The translations under genes and the position numbers were made by a program. A stretch of DNA of 64,000 nucleotides, from NCBI GenBank assembly GCA_964016885.1, contig OZ024754.1, positions 14,508,001 through 14,572,000 of the forward strand. The letters run 5' to 3'. Source of the stretch: Eledone cirrhosa (taxonomy: Eukaryota). Below the pieces are notes generated by a model. That model did not search any database. It saw only the letters and a program-made list of their open reading frames with translations, and was not told the DNA's origin. Positions 1 through 15,190 of this stretch are shown here, one piece after another (within the stretch, counting starts at the first letter, position 1; each line of letters opens with the position of its first letter).

Positions 1-185
1 CACACTTACTCGTGTACACAAGTACACACAGACACACTTACTCACTTACTCGTGTACACAAGTACACACATACACACTCACACACTTACTCGTGTACACA
101 AGTACACACAGACACACTCACGCACTTGCTCGTGTACACAAGTACACACACAGACACACTTACTCGTGTACACGAATACACAGAC
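1..185. repeat. CA-rich minisatellite (CACACTTACTCGTGTACACAAGTACACACA-like unit)
   Basis: Four to five imperfect tandem copies are directly visible. Confidence 0.85.
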
Positions 186-231
186 GCAAATCTCAATATA
201 ATTACAAAGAAATATGAGGAGTCGATCGACT

Positions 232-430
232 TTCGTCAAATCGGACCAAGGAAACAATGTTTCCGTTGGTCTTTCCAATTGCTAATACTATCTATCGGTC
301 GCAACTCCAGGTAGAAGGAGCAACGTGAAATAAAGTGTCTTGCTGAAGGACATAACGCATCAACCGGCCCTGGAATCGAACTCACAATGTCACGATTGTG
401 AATCCCATTCGCTAGCCACGCGCCTTCACT
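232..430 (-). mobile_element. tRNA-derived SINE, family 2 (CORE-like middle)
   Basis: Reverse complement has B box GAGTTCGATTCC then ATGTCCTTCAGCAAGACACTTTATTTCACG; homologous to the copy at 59343-59537. Confidence 0.7.
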
Positions 431-736
431 AAAGACATTTAAATACAAAGAAATGATATCTTATATAAAAATAAATATGCATGCCCTCCCACATTCTACT
501 AACGCATGGAGTACGGGTACCGGATGTATATCGGAAGGTGACCACAGGTAAGGTACTAAATACGTTAGTAGAGTACCTTAACTTTTGGTTTTGCTTGATT
601 AAGAAGTCAGGTGAGCAGATCGAGCTGGAGTCTGGTCTATAGCATTTGCATAGATCCTCAGCCAACCATCTGTGAAACGGTCGTAACTTAGTAAAATCAA
701 TAAAGGCCTCAATGTGAAACCTCGCTTTGTTTTCAC

Positions 737-829
<93 letters not shown>

Positions 830-1056
830 TTACATTCATTTGATTTATTGATTTATTGATTTTTTATCTGAGTGTCCCGAATCTTCCAGATCGCAATTTT
901 TCGGTTGTATGGTTGATTATAGACTTGTTCTATGTGTGACGGTATTTTAACGATAGTTATAGCTCTGATTTATCTAAATTATTGAGCCCTCTGCCGCTCA
1001 TATCGAATTTTGTTTATCGTGAACTCGTGCGCCGATTTTTCGATACTCGATTATTC

Positions 1057-1107
<51 letters not shown>

Positions 1108-1351
1108 TACACAGGTGTGTATGATTGTGTATAGAAGATTATATTAATAAAAGGAATTCCAACTTTGTCTGATTTACTCGTTTTATTTACAATCCTTTAA
1201 AATTTATAATGGTATTAGAATGAAATAGTATGGTAGAATAGTAAATGTTAAGTGTTAATTGAACAAGTACTTTCATGCTTTCGCAATCTTCAGGTTCATA
1301 ATGTGTGGTGACAGTCAAGTTTGCAATTTTCAACTGCACAGTTGAAATTGC
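1108..1351 (-). mobile_element. Short PLE-derived element, family A (pLTR-like, HHR-bearing), next to (TA)n
   Basis: Near-identical to 2138-2310 and 62044-62270; contains the HHR at 1260-1298; small fold-back at its 5' end (1323-1351). Confidence 0.8.
1260..1298 (-). ncRNA. Minimal type I hammerhead ribozyme
   Basis: Minus strand reads TGAAC-CTGAAGA-T TGC GAAA GCA T-GAAA-GTAC-TT-GTTCA: 5-bp stem I, intact core, GNRA-capped stem II, palindromic stem III AGTACT, triplet CUU. Confidence 0.8.
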
Positions 1352-2044
1352 GTACCGTTGGACGGTTCAAGCAAGCTTTCGATGTAGCTCATTAAACTAA
1401 ACAAAGTAAATTTGAATACATAGAAGAAAAACGTACTTTATGTAAACATGAAAACCTTAGGCTCTATTCCAGCAAAATAATTAATATGTGAGCTCGGTGT
1501 CTTTTTTGACAACAGTAAAAGCGCATCATGAAATAGAGAAGTGAAGTGAATAATAGACACTATTATATACAAGGCATAATATTGTAAAAGTTATGACATC
1601 ACTTAATGTATGGACATCAAGCTTGAAACGATAAATTATACAATGTCAAATCTATAACTTAACTTAGTAATCTGTTAGAAATTGCTGGTTGTTAAATATA
1701 CAAAATGATATTGTTAGTCTCGAGGAAGCGTACCTTTCTGTTTCAAGTACAAAGAGTAAATTAAAATCCGAATGAGCCGAATTACGAAAGATAACTCTTG
1801 TCTTACTTAATCACGAAAATTCACACAAATAACCGAAACTTTTTTAATGTCTCCAAAGGCCCCAATTTCTATTTTTGAAAACCTTTGTAGATCATGTACA
1901 GGTTTTGTGCAAGGAGAAGCTATGTAAAAAATTTCAAAGAATGAATGGTTTAGAATGTATGAGCCCTCATTAAAAAGTGTCCACACACACATACACACAC
2001 ATACAGAAAACTTCGTCTTTATATACAGACACACACACACACAC

Positions 2045-2483
<439 letters not shown>

Positions 2484-2495
2484 ATATATATATAC

Positions 2496-2568
2496 CCCCA
2501 CTCTCAAGAGCGTGAAACTAATAAACCTTTGTTCGTACTGCCTCTCTGTTTTGTTCCCGTTCCATTTT

Positions 2569-2643
<75 letters not shown>

Positions 2644-2728
2644 GTTGAGACAGTAAACAGAAAATAAAAAAATCGTGGAAGCGAAGAGGCAGTACAAATG
2701 TTATTAGTTTCACGCTTGAGAGTGGGGG

Positions 2729-2729
<1 letters not shown>
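2496..2729. mobile_element. Tail-to-tail pair of short PLE-like 3' ends across (TA)n (family C)
   Basis: CCCCACTCTCAAGAGCGTGAAACTAATAAAC at 2496 with its reverse complement at about 2685-2729; homologous to 18829-18906, which follows an HHR core. Confidence 0.65.
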
Positions 2730-2761
<32 letters not shown>

Positions 2762-2821
2762 GTTCGAAATAAGAAAAAAGAAGAACGGAAAACAAAAAAC
2801 AAAGAAATGCGGATTTATATG

Positions 2822-2908
<87 letters not shown>

Positions 2909-2951
2909 CGTGTATAAATATATATATACATATACACACACACACACACAC

Positions 2952-3048
<97 letters not shown>

Positions 3049-3283
3049 TATGTATATATGTATGTATATATGTATGTATGTATATATGTGTGTGTGTATG
3101 TATGTATATATGTATATATATATGTATGTATGTATATATGCGCAGTCAGAAAGACGACCGAGAGATTAATTCTACAGACTTGGTAAATAGAATTCTTAAA
3201 CAAGTGAATCAAACTGGGGCACGGTGTTTATTGACATAGGCCCCTTACTGGGGCCTCCTGCTCTCCTTTACTATCTGTTGCTA

Positions 3284-5062
3284 CTCACACACACACACAC
3301 ACTGACACATACTGATACACACACACACATACACACACACATACTGATACACAGACATACACACACGCACACACACACTAACATACACATAGACACTGAC
3401 ACACACAAACATACATACTGATACATACACACACATACATACACACACTCACGCACACACACACTAACATACACACATACACTCACACACACACACACTG
3501 ACACACACAAACATACATACTGATACACACATACACACACAGACCCACACACACTCACGCACACACACACTAACATACACACACACACTAACACACACAA
3601 ACATAGAGACATACCTACTGATAAACACACACACATACACTCACCCACTAACATACACATACACACTGACACACACAGACAGATACAAACATACATACTG
3701 ATACACACACACACATACACACACCCACTCACGCGCACACACACTAACATACACACACACACTGACACACACAAACATACAAACATACATACTGATACAC
3801 AGACACACACATACACACACCCACTCACGCACACACACACTAACATACACACACACACTCACACACACACACACTCACACACACGAACATACAGACATAC
3901 ATACTGATACACACACACACATATACACACACACATACACACACCCACTCACGCACACACACTAGCACACACACACTAACACACACACACACACATACAC
4001 ATCCCCACTCACGACCGCACACACTAACATACACACACACCCTCACACACACACACTGACACACACAAACATACATACTGATACACAGACACACACATAC
4101 ATACACACATACATACACACACCCTCTCACGCACACAAACACTAACATACACACACTGACACACAGAAACATACAAACATACATACTGATACGCAGACAC
4201 ACACATACACACACCACCCACTCACGCACACACACACTCACACACACACACGCACACACTCACACACACACTTTCACGCTCTCTCACGAACACACGCACA
4301 CACGTACACACGCGCGCGCGCGCACACACCTACATAAACGCACACATACATATACATTCATGCAGAGTTGCATACATACACGCACTCACACACATACACA
4401 CATCTACATAACACACAGGCATACATATGCGTACATACACACACACTCACTCACACACCTACATAAACACACATACACACACATTGACACACTCACACAC
4501 TCACACACACACCTATATAAACACATGCATACACACACATACATACACACACATACATTCACACAGTGTCACATACGCACACGCCCTCACACACATACAC
4601 CTACATAAACAGACGCCTACATACACACTCACATTTACATAAACACACGCTTACGTACACATACATACAGTTACATACGCACACACACGTACACCTATGT
4701 ATACACCTGCACACATACACACACACTCACTCATACACCTATATAAACACATGCATACATACACACAGTTACATACGCACACAGATATACACGTACAATT
4801 ACATAAACACGCATATATACACATTTACATACGCATACACATACATGCACATACATATATACACATACATACACATACAAACAAGCAAACATACGCTCGC
4901 ACAACCGCTACCTACATACACATACATACACAAAGATGCATATACTCAACACCTGAAACACATACACTCATACACACACACCATGTATTGAGTGCACGTT
5001 TGAAGATGTATGTTTATATTAAAGCATGTGTGTATGTGCATGTGTGTGCATGTATGTATGTG
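3284..5062. repeat. Degenerate (CA)n-derived low-complexity array
   Basis: CA/CATA/CACT motifs throughout. Confidence 0.95.
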
Positions 5063-5309
5063 AGATTATATGACTCTCAGCTGTTAATACGGATTCAGGG
5101 CTTACGTTCGGTCTCCTTTTTAACTGTTCCCTCTCTCCCATTGGTTACTGCAACTTAAATGTACTACTGTCTCGTGTTTTCCCTCTCTATCGGTATGATT
5201 TTCTTCTGTTTATTTTCTTTTTCTTTCGTCCTCTTCGCTTTCGTCTTTGTTTTCCTTTTTGTTGTTGTTTTCTTCCCTAATAACTATTCCTCTTAGTTAC
5301 TAACGCACT

Positions 5310-5338
5310 CTGATGAGATGTCTTTAATGCGTCGAAAC
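5310..5338 (+). ncRNA. Hammerhead core motif (stems I and III not resolved)
   Basis: CTGATGA-GATG tctttaatg CGTC-GAAAC, with a 4-bp stem II. Confidence 0.45.
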
Positions 5339-5559
5339 ATCAGCGACCCAAAGCAGACAACAAAAGAGCGGGAATTGTGCTTATGTGTGTATTGCTCTTA
5401 CGTTTTCTAAACAATATTTATTAGTAACCACACAGGGCCTTTGTTACTTTTAATATATACACACACACACACACACTTACATATATATATAATATATATA
5501 TATATATAGTAATAATAATAAATTTGAAGACTAAAATCCAAAGAGGGCTCGATAAAGAT

Positions 5560-5860
5560 ATGAAGGACATTCACATAATCAAAATATATGCTTTATTATA
5601 TATATGTCAAAGGTACTGCGTTGTTATTTCAGTACGTCTTCATCAGATAAAATATATGATTTGATATATGACATACCGCTACAGTCTTGGTTATACAATT
5701 CCAGTATTGGCAATACTGGAATTGTATAACCACGACTGTAGCGGTATGTTATATATCAAATCATATATTTTATCTGATGAAGACGTACTGAAAAAACAAC
5801 ACAGTACCTTTGCAATATATATAATAAAGCATATATTTTGATTATGTGAATATCCTTCAT
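5560..5860. mobile_element. ~300-bp near-perfect palindrome: head-to-head HHR-bearing element
   Basis: ~150-bp arms around CCAGTATTG-G-CAATACTGG (centre 5710); each arm carries TTTAT-CTGATGA...G(A/C)(C/A)A-TATATA-TA-ATAAA. Confidence 0.8.
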
Positions 5861-5976
5861 TTGTTAATATTTTGAATAATATTAAAAACTCCAGGAAAAC
5901 TTAACTGTTGAGTGCTTTTAATCTATTGTAAAATTGTATTAATTGAGTAATCAACGGACCATAGTAATCTTTGGTC

Positions 5977-6038
<62 letters not shown>

Positions 6039-6299
6039 CATGAAAACAAATCGATATTGTAGCTGTAGTAGAATTCACTGTAGAAATCGAATTGTGCAAT
6101 CAATAATGCGAAAAGTTGATACATTTTTCGTTCAGAGTAAACAGTGTTAAGAAAGTGTGACAACATGAATAAATCAACCAGGTGCATGAGGCCATAGTTA
6201 ATTGTGACAACAATGATAAATACAAACAAATAGGACACCAACCTTGGCCCTCTCGAAGAGATATGAATCGATAGAAATCGATAAAAATCAATAAAATCA

Positions 6300-6339
<40 letters not shown>

Positions 6340-6491
6340 CATATGTATATTAAATCTGATGATTACTTTTTGCAACTAGGACGCACTACTTCGAATACAT
6401 GGAAGATATGTTTCTTTATCGACCCAACTATGAAACTACTAGTTACATAAAAACACTAATGTATAGATATATATAAGTAAATATACATGCA

Positions 6492-6603
<112 letters not shown>

Positions 6604-6749
6604 TATACATGTGTGTGATTGTGTGTGTGTGTGTGTTCCAAATAAATCGTTTTACACTCTTCTGCACTCACTGAGTCGTTTGAGTAAACGTGCTCCCGAA
6701 AAAACGATATTTTCTCGGACTAAAGATAATAATACACACATATACACAA

Positions 6750-6799
<50 letters not shown>

Positions 6800-7043
6800 A
6801 TATGTGTATATCTGTGTCTTTAAATTGACGTATACATATATATTATGTTTCTGTGTATGTGTAAAAATACGCATTCATATACAGTCACACAGTCACACAG
6901 TCAAACATGTCTGTCTGTCTATCTCTCTCTCTTTCTCTCTATCTCTCTCTCTCTTTCTCTCTTTCTCTCTTTCTCTCTTTCTCTCTCTCTCTCTTTCTCT
7001 AATCTATGTATCTATCTATCTATCTATCTATCTATGAAACATA

Positions 7044-7078
<35 letters not shown>

Positions 7079-7080
7079 AA

Positions 7081-7116
<36 letters not shown>

Positions 7117-7136
7117 TATCTATCTATCTATCTATT

Positions 7137-7232
<96 letters not shown>

Positions 7233-7651
7233 TATATGGATAAATATTTATACATTCACACACACATACATCGTTTGTTTTCGTACAAATACATACAGAG
7301 TAAGGCCGACAGATACATTACATATATACACAACACACACACACACGCACGCACACACACACACACACACACATGCACAGGCAGATAGACACTCAGACAC
7401 AGACACATATATATTTATACACACACGCAATCAATACAATCCAAGCCTAATTTTGCCTCCTGCAGTTAGACGCTTCAAAAGTCAAACAACTTAAAACAAC
7501 TTAAAACAACTTAAAACAACTTCTATTGAAGAAATCATTACCTCCTTCTACTGGAGAGAAACCCCCTAAAACCTATTTCTTAAAAACACAACTCTTCTTT
7601 CCAATCCAAATATATTCTTTCTTTTGTTATTTTTTCTGACCCCTCTCTCCA

Positions 7652-7773
<122 letters not shown>

Positions 7774-7973
7774 GTTCAGGCGCGCACACATATATATGTA
7801 TACATGCAAAACAAACATATATGTATATATGTATATATGTATATATATATATATACACACACACATACATACACGCACACACATATATATATATAGGTAT
7901 ATATTTGTATGTATATATATATGAATATATATATATATGTATACATTGTATATATATGTATATATATATATAT

Positions 7974-8005
<32 letters not shown>

Positions 8006-8767
8006 GTACATATATATATGTATGTATACATACATATATGTGTGTGTATGTAGGTATGTTTATATGTACATATACATATGTTTATATATATATATATATA
8101 TGCGTGTGTGTATGTATGTGTGTGTCTGTGTGTCTGTTCGAGTGTGTGTATATGTGTGTATGTGTATGTGTGTTTATGTGTGTGTGTGTGTGTGTATACA
8201 TATCGTATATACATGCACAGGGAAGCTATGAAATAGCTTATAATATAGCGTGAAGACCTTTAAAGACAGAAAAAGACGTTGCCATAAGCGACATAAAGAC
8301 AGGGTGGTCACAGATGGAATGTTTTTGATCATAGGTTTGTCCACTACAAATCTTGGATCTATTTCATAATCCAAGAGGAGTGAGAGACAAAGCACACCTC
8401 CTGGGATTTGAACTCGGGCGTACATAGGCTGCGAATTGGAACGTCGGATAGAATGCTTTGTGGTATTCATTTCTGCTTTCTACTCTGAGTTCAAATCCTA
8501 CTGAGGACAAACTTTGCTTTTCATCAACTTAAGGTCGATAAAAAGCTACCAGTCAAGTACTGGGGTCAATTCTTCCTCTATATCTCTTTCTCGCTTCCTT
8601 TCTCTCACTCTCTCCATCCTTCTCTGGAAGAAATCTACTGTATTTATGTATTTAGACCTGGAGAAGGGATGGGCTCCGTCAGGTTATTAAAATGGCCTAG
8701 AAACGCCATATGTTAATACAGCAACCCTATGGCCCTCGCGGGGGTTACGGAACCGTGCATGCCAAAT

Positions 8768-8956
8768 AATTGTTTCTACTTTTGGCACAAGGCCAGCAAT
8801 TACCCCAGTGTATTACTGGTGCTTTATTTTATCGACCCCGTAAGGATGAAAGGCAAAGTTAACCTCGGCGGGATTTGAACTCAGAATGGCAAGGGCCGTA
8901 ACTCTATGCGTCAAAGCATGGCGTCCGACCCTCTACCGATACTGCCAATCCACCGC
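8768..8956 (-). mobile_element. tRNA-derived SINE, family 1 (Deu/Nin-like core), full length
   Basis: Minus strand has A-box-like TGGCAGTATCGG, B box GAGTTCAAATCCC and core GCCTTTCATCCTTACGGGGTCGATAAAATAAAG; TSD GCATGCCAAA. Confidence 0.9.
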
Positions 8957-9366
8957 ATGCCAAAAAAAAAAATGCAACAAATGCTGTTGTTTAGCGCAGT
9001 TCCTTCTGTTGCAAACATTTGGACCAATCTTTATTTAATTTAGGCTGTATGTCTTGGTCTATGTTGTCCAACATATCCCTTTCTATTTTCCTGGCAGTCA
9101 TAGTGTGTTTTCATGGAGTTTCAGCTGTCATATCTAGCAAGCTGAACGACCACATAGAGGGACCTATTCCTCTATTGTGCCCCCATAACACACAACACAA
9201 GAAGACATCAAAACCTCTTCACATTCTACATTTGACATACCTGCAGCCTCATACATCCTGTCTCTTACACCGTAACTCCATAACTCCATAACTCCATAAC
9301 TTCAAACCGCTACAACCATCATCATCATAGCAGCAGTAGAAGCAGCATCACACCACCACCATCACC

Positions 9367-9400
<34 letters not shown>

Positions 9401-9619
9401 ATAGCAGCAGTAGAAGCAGCATCACACCACCACCACCACCACCACCACAACCCTCACCACCAGCACCACCACCACCACCACCCTCACCACCACCACCACC
9501 ACCACCACCACCACCAGAACCCTCACCACCACCACCACCACCACCACCACCCTCACCACCACCACCACCACCATCACCACAACATCCTTCATATAACGAT
9601 AGTTTCAGATGATTCAGGC

Positions 9620-9820
9620 ATAAAGCCAAAAGGTTTGTGGGAGGGGAAAGTCGATTGAATCGGACCCCAGTGTGTTACTGGTATTATATTTTATCGACCT
9701 TGTAAGGATGAAAGACAAAGCTTAACGTCGGCGAGATTTGAAATCAGAACGTAAAGGACCGTAACTCTATGCCACAAAGAATGATGTCCGGCGCTCTACC
9801 GATTGCTGCCCATCCACCGC
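9620..9820 (-). mobile_element. SINE family 1, diverged long variant
   Basis: Homologous to the other family 1 copies. Confidence 0.8.
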
Positions 9821-9973
9821 CCTTTCATCATTGATAACAACAATACTCTCAGCCCACTTAATACCTTTTTCTCATTTATTACTGAAGACAACAAAACATT
9901 CTTCCAACTCCCAACCACATCATCATCATCATCATCTACCACAACCAGGCCCTGTTCAAGGCTCCCTGAAAAG

Positions 9974-10508
<535 letters not shown>

Positions 10509-10862
10509 CACCAACATCTACAGTGTTTTGCAACGGAAGTTGGCAGCTTAGAATGAGGTGTGAGGAATGATTGCGGAGAAGACGCTAAGTGGATGAGGAA
10601 TTCATGCTGAGGTGAAGTAGGATCATTGGGTGAGTGGAAGGTAAAGCTATGTGTTGTCTCTTATAGACATATATTTGCCAACAGAACATGTCTGCCATGT
10701 CATTCTTCACGCCATCGCAACATTCAGAATTCTTCCTTTTGTCTCACATATTTTGCAAACACACAATTTACCTGTCATATTGTGTTTTCCACCATATATC
10801 TCTCTGTTTATCTATATATTTCTTTGTCTGTCTGTCTGTCTGTCTTTCTGTGTCTGTCTCTC

Positions 10863-10945
<83 letters not shown>

Positions 10946-10948
<3 letters not shown>

Positions 10949-11360
10949 TGAGAATAAACGTGCTGCGGAGTTGCAAATGGGTTACATATGAATAAAGTGG
11001 TCCTTCATCAGTGACCTTCCAACCATCATCGGTATTTCTTCAATTTAAAGTCCATATACCTCCGGTTGGTGCGAGCAACGGCTAAAGAAAGTCGTTGGGA
11101 CATGTAAATAAAGGGAACAGCGAGAGTGTAAACAAACAAAGATGGTGAAGCAACGAAAAATGTGGAAGAGCGAGTCAAGTCCAAAAATTTCAATGAATAT
11201 AAGTTCGTGAAATCGTGAACGAGAGAGAATAAAGACCATCAAACCTGGTTGAAATGCGAGCAAGGAAGGAATTTCGCACAGGTCTAACGGGAGGAAGAAG
11301 GGGTCTAGTCTGTGAATTCGGTAAACAAGTTCTGTGAAATCGTAGACGAGAGAGAGAAAA
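10946..11360. mobile_element. Short (TA)n-embedded repeat, family B
   Basis: Homologous to 39925-40408 and 46925-46990; contains CTGATGAAGG on the minus strand but no complete HHR was seen. Confidence 0.7.
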
Positions 11361-11427
11361 AAAATATATATATATAGCAGCGATTCTTTGCTTAAACTTT
11401 AATCTGTTATTTTAATAAATATATATA

Positions 11428-11642
11428 TAGAAGTGGTTACACAACAGTTAGTTCACCATACCGAGAACAATTGTTTCACCTTAGCGGATCCTCACCTCCT
11501 CCTTACGAGCTGAGGATCTGCTAAGGTGAAACAATTGTTCTCGGTATGGTGAACTAACTGTTGTGTAACCACTTCTACCTAACTCGTCCCATGGACTGAG
11601 TGCTCTACCACTACGGATATTACCTTCCAGTGTTCTACCACT
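11428..11642 (+). mobile_element. Short HHR element with 5' fold-back, in (TA)n
   Basis: 67-bp inverted arms at 11428-11494 and 11511-11577; 3' part homologous to 18115-18190. Confidence 0.8.
11506..11543 (+). ncRNA. Minimal type I hammerhead ribozyme
   Basis: CGAG-CTGAGGA-tctgctaaggt-GAAA-CAATTG-TT-CTCG: stem I CGAG/CTCG, palindromic stem III ACAATTGT, triplet GUU, weak stem II. Confidence 0.7.
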
Positions 11643-11670
11643 ATATATATGTATATATATATCTATATAT

Positions 11671-11743
<73 letters not shown>

Positions 11744-11904
11744 AAAGAATAGAGGCGTAACACACGAGTTGTGATATATTGGGAAAAGGAAAAGAAAATG
11801 CTGACAAATTGTTCCCAGTGAAAAATAGTTTAATTAGGAATAAGTATTAGTAATAAGTATAAGTAATAAGTATTGGTTAGTATTCAGTTTTAGTTTTAAG
11901 TGAC

Positions 11905-12370
11905 GTGGATCTTCGTAACGACCCTAAGATCCGCCTCTTCGGTGCTGTAGTGGAGTCTGTGCTGCTGTACGGGTCTGAGACTTGGACACTGACCAAGAAA
12001 TTCACTCAGATGGTGGATGGGTGCTACACGAGAATGCTGAGGATGGCTCTGAGCATTAATCAGTATACACTGAGGATGAAGAACTCAGAGCTGTACGGGA
12101 GCCTCCCAAACGTCAGCTCAAGAGTAGCACAGAGGAGACTGAGGTTACCCGGACATGCTCACCGACATCCAGAGTTGACATTGCACTCAATGCTCCTGTG
12201 GGAACCCCTGCATTGACACACTGGAAGAGGAAGACCGAAGTTGACATATGTTGATGCCCTAAGGACAGACACTGGTCTGTTGGAGACGCAGGACATGGCA
12301 GCGATAATGATGGACAGAGACCGCTAGAGAGAACTCGTCCTTGGTTTTCGGGAATTTTACCCGCCCTAGA
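11905..12370 (+). mobile_element. RTE-clade LINE, 5'-truncated ORF2 C-terminus (pseudogenised)
   Basis: Translation KIRLFGAVVESVLLYGSETWTLT...RRLRLPGHAHRH...WEPLH*HTGRGRPKLTYVD...MMDRDR* matches the RTE post-RT region; in-frame stops. Confidence 0.9.
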
Positions 12371-12589
12371 GAGATAGATAGATATCTGTTAGTCCATTAG
12401 TTCGACAGGACAGACGGTTCATTTAATAGGCCATCAATCTGTCTGCCTGTTTTTCTGTCTGTTTGTCATCCGTAAACCGACCGACCAACCGTCCATCCAT
12501 TCCACTATCTGTCATGTCATTCTCTCTCTCTCCCTCCCTCTATCTCTTTATCTAGCCATATTTGTTTATTCCTCTTCTTTAAATACCAC

Positions 12590-12892
12590 TAAATTACCCC
12601 AGTGAATTCGCTGAAAAGTGGGTGAATGTGGTGAAAATGGCCGAGTGAATGGGCCTTTTCTGTATATAAACCTGTAGGTCAAGGAAGAAGGGAACACCTA
12701 CAAAACGTGCTCCTGGTGTTGAGGGTTGTTCTATCCACGGGGTGTAAAATAACCCCTCAGTAACGTTCCCCCTATTGGGGATTTCGATTGTTATTTTATT
12801 TTAATGTATAGTTTATTTTAATTTATTAATGTTAAACGTCGTCTTGTAATGTTTCATTTCTCGTGCGCCCTTGTGGCAAATAAAGAAACATA
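12590..12892 (+). mobile_element. 3' end of an L1/Tx1-like LINE
   Basis: GCTGAAAAGTGGGTGAATGTGG and terminal CCTTGTGGCAAATAAAGAAA match the reverse complement of the 23078-23777 element. Confidence 0.7.
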
Positions 12893-13469
12893 TCTATATT
12901 TGTTTATTATTTTACGGGTTTCAGTCCTTAGATGTGGTCGATCGTATCAACCTAATTATTTTATTTAAGTCTGATATTGATCTCTAGAATTTATCGATCT
13001 CTTTTTGTCAAATTGTTAAGTTACAGGAGAGACTGTAAACATTGACAGAGATACAATAACTCTTTCTCCTTCGTCCCCCCTCTCTCTCCCTCTCCCCCTC
13101 TCTCCCTCTCTCTTTCCCTCTTCAGTTTTCTCAGTATCTCCATATATACATATGTATGTATGTATGTATGTATGTATGTGTGTGTGTATGTATGTATGTA
13201 TGTATGTATGTATGTATGTATGTATGTATGTATGTATGTATGTATGTGTGTATGTATGTATATATGTATGTATGTATGTTTGTATGTATGTGTGTGTGTG
13301 TATGTATGTATGTTTGCATGTATGTATGTATGTATGTATGTGTGTGTGTGTGTGTGTGTATATATGTATGTATGTTTGTATGTATGTGTGTGTGTATGTA
13401 TGTATGTTTGCATGTATGTATGTGTGTATGTATGTATATATGTACGCATGTATATATATGTATGTATAT

Positions 13470-15190
13470 TCTTCTGGTTTTATAATTTCACAAAGTTTTA
13501 CCAATAGAGAGAGAGTCGGTTTCTAACATAGACACAAGACTCTCTCATTGGAATTTACACATCAACTAGGTAGATATGTATGCATGTGTAGATATGGATG
13601 TTATTGTATGTGTGGATGTGTATATTTTGAGTTGTAAGTGTGCATGTGTATATGCTTTGAATCTGTACATGTGTATATGCAGTTATTAGATGCAACATTT
13701 TTGGAATGTTTTACATATTTTGACTGTTCCATTAATGGATTGTACTTGTAATTTCCTAACTAGTTGTGTTCTTTCTGTTCCTGTGAAGCCTAGCTTCTCA
13801 AGATTTGTATTGAGGCAGTTACTAACATATCCCAGTGCCCCAATAATCACAGGCATAAATCTGAAGGTGTAATCAGGGTGGAGTATCTGCAGATTTCTCA
13901 TCAGTTCTGCATAAATATTCTCCTTTTCGCTAATCTTTGATATTATATTGGCATCTGCTGGGCAGCTAGTTTCCACTACTGTGCATGCTTTCTTCTCCCT
14001 GTCCCATATCATAATATCTGCTCTGTTATGCCTGCATTTTATTGGGATTTTACTGGAACGTTCCACCATGGATGTCTTCCAAATTGCTGTAGCTTTTAAT
14101 GTGTTTATTATCGGGGCTATCTCTTTTACAAACTGCATTGTACAGTATTTGGGACACTACATCAAACCTCATAGGTAGATAGTACCGCGATGACATCTTT
14201 GGACAGCTGCTGATGACATGGGTGATATCCTCGATGTTAGTTCTGCAGAGTCTGCACTTGTTATCACATCTAGGTGTTTTGCCTGCATCCCTATCTCTTT
14301 TGTGAATCAGGTATTTCGTGTTAATCTCCTGTTCTTGGATTGCAAAAGCGTATCTTTCAAAGTGGGAGCCAATATAGCGTTTGTTGGTCCAAGATAGACT
14401 ACTTTCCTTATCTATATTACTCTCACTCTGGAGCTTCCTGGCAACATATCCATGCATGATTTTTTTCTGATAAGTATCTAATTTTTCATCCATGGATTCA
14501 CTGCAATACTGCTGAGCAACTTTCCTGGGTGTGAGTTTTTGATTATCACACAGGGAGTATCTCTCGAGGAGTTCCTTCCCAACTCTCATGATCTTATCTG
14601 TTTCATGCAGATAGACTTGCTCGAGAAACGGGCTCCTACGCTTCGAGGTTCGTAGATGTTGTCGGAGAGATATGATGCGACATTCAAATGTTGTCTGGAC
14701 TGATGTTAGGCCTCTACCTCCCTGCTTACGTTTCAAGTAAAGGCGGTCTATGTCACTGTTGATGTGGAAGTTTCCGGTGTAGTTTAGTATTTTTCGAGTT
14801 CCAACATCAACTGCTCGGATTTCGTCTATCATCCAATTGAGTATTCCAAGGACAGGCACAGAAAACACATTGTGAGCCACTGTTTTGTTTTGCGAAGAGA
14901 GTTCCGATGACCAGATCTTTCTTAATCGGGTGTAGTATTCCCTGGTTACGCGTTCTTTATTACAGATACTACTATAGGATATGTTCTCATCTATCCCCAG
15001 GTATCTGTAGCAGTCCTCATCAGATATCGGTGAAACAGTTAGGCCATTGATGACAATGTTGTTAGATTGGGTTGTTGTTTTTCCCCGCTTTACAGTCATG
15101 TATGAGCATTTATCTTGGCCAAACTCCATTCCTATATCCTTTGAGAACGTTGTAACCAGGTCAAGATTTTTCTTCGTCCCATCCATGTTC
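13470..15190 (-). mobile_element. R4/Dong-like non-LTR retrotransposon with restriction-like endonuclease; 5'-truncated and frameshifted
   Basis: ORFs 14050-15186 and 13686-14138 give late RT/thumb motifs (FSKDIGMEFGQDKC, YRYLG, DRLYLKRKQGGRGL), a CCHC knuckle CRLC...ITHVISSC and RLE motifs HNRADI...VVETSCP...KENIY...VIIGALG; flanked on both sides by (TATG)n. Confidence 0.92.
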
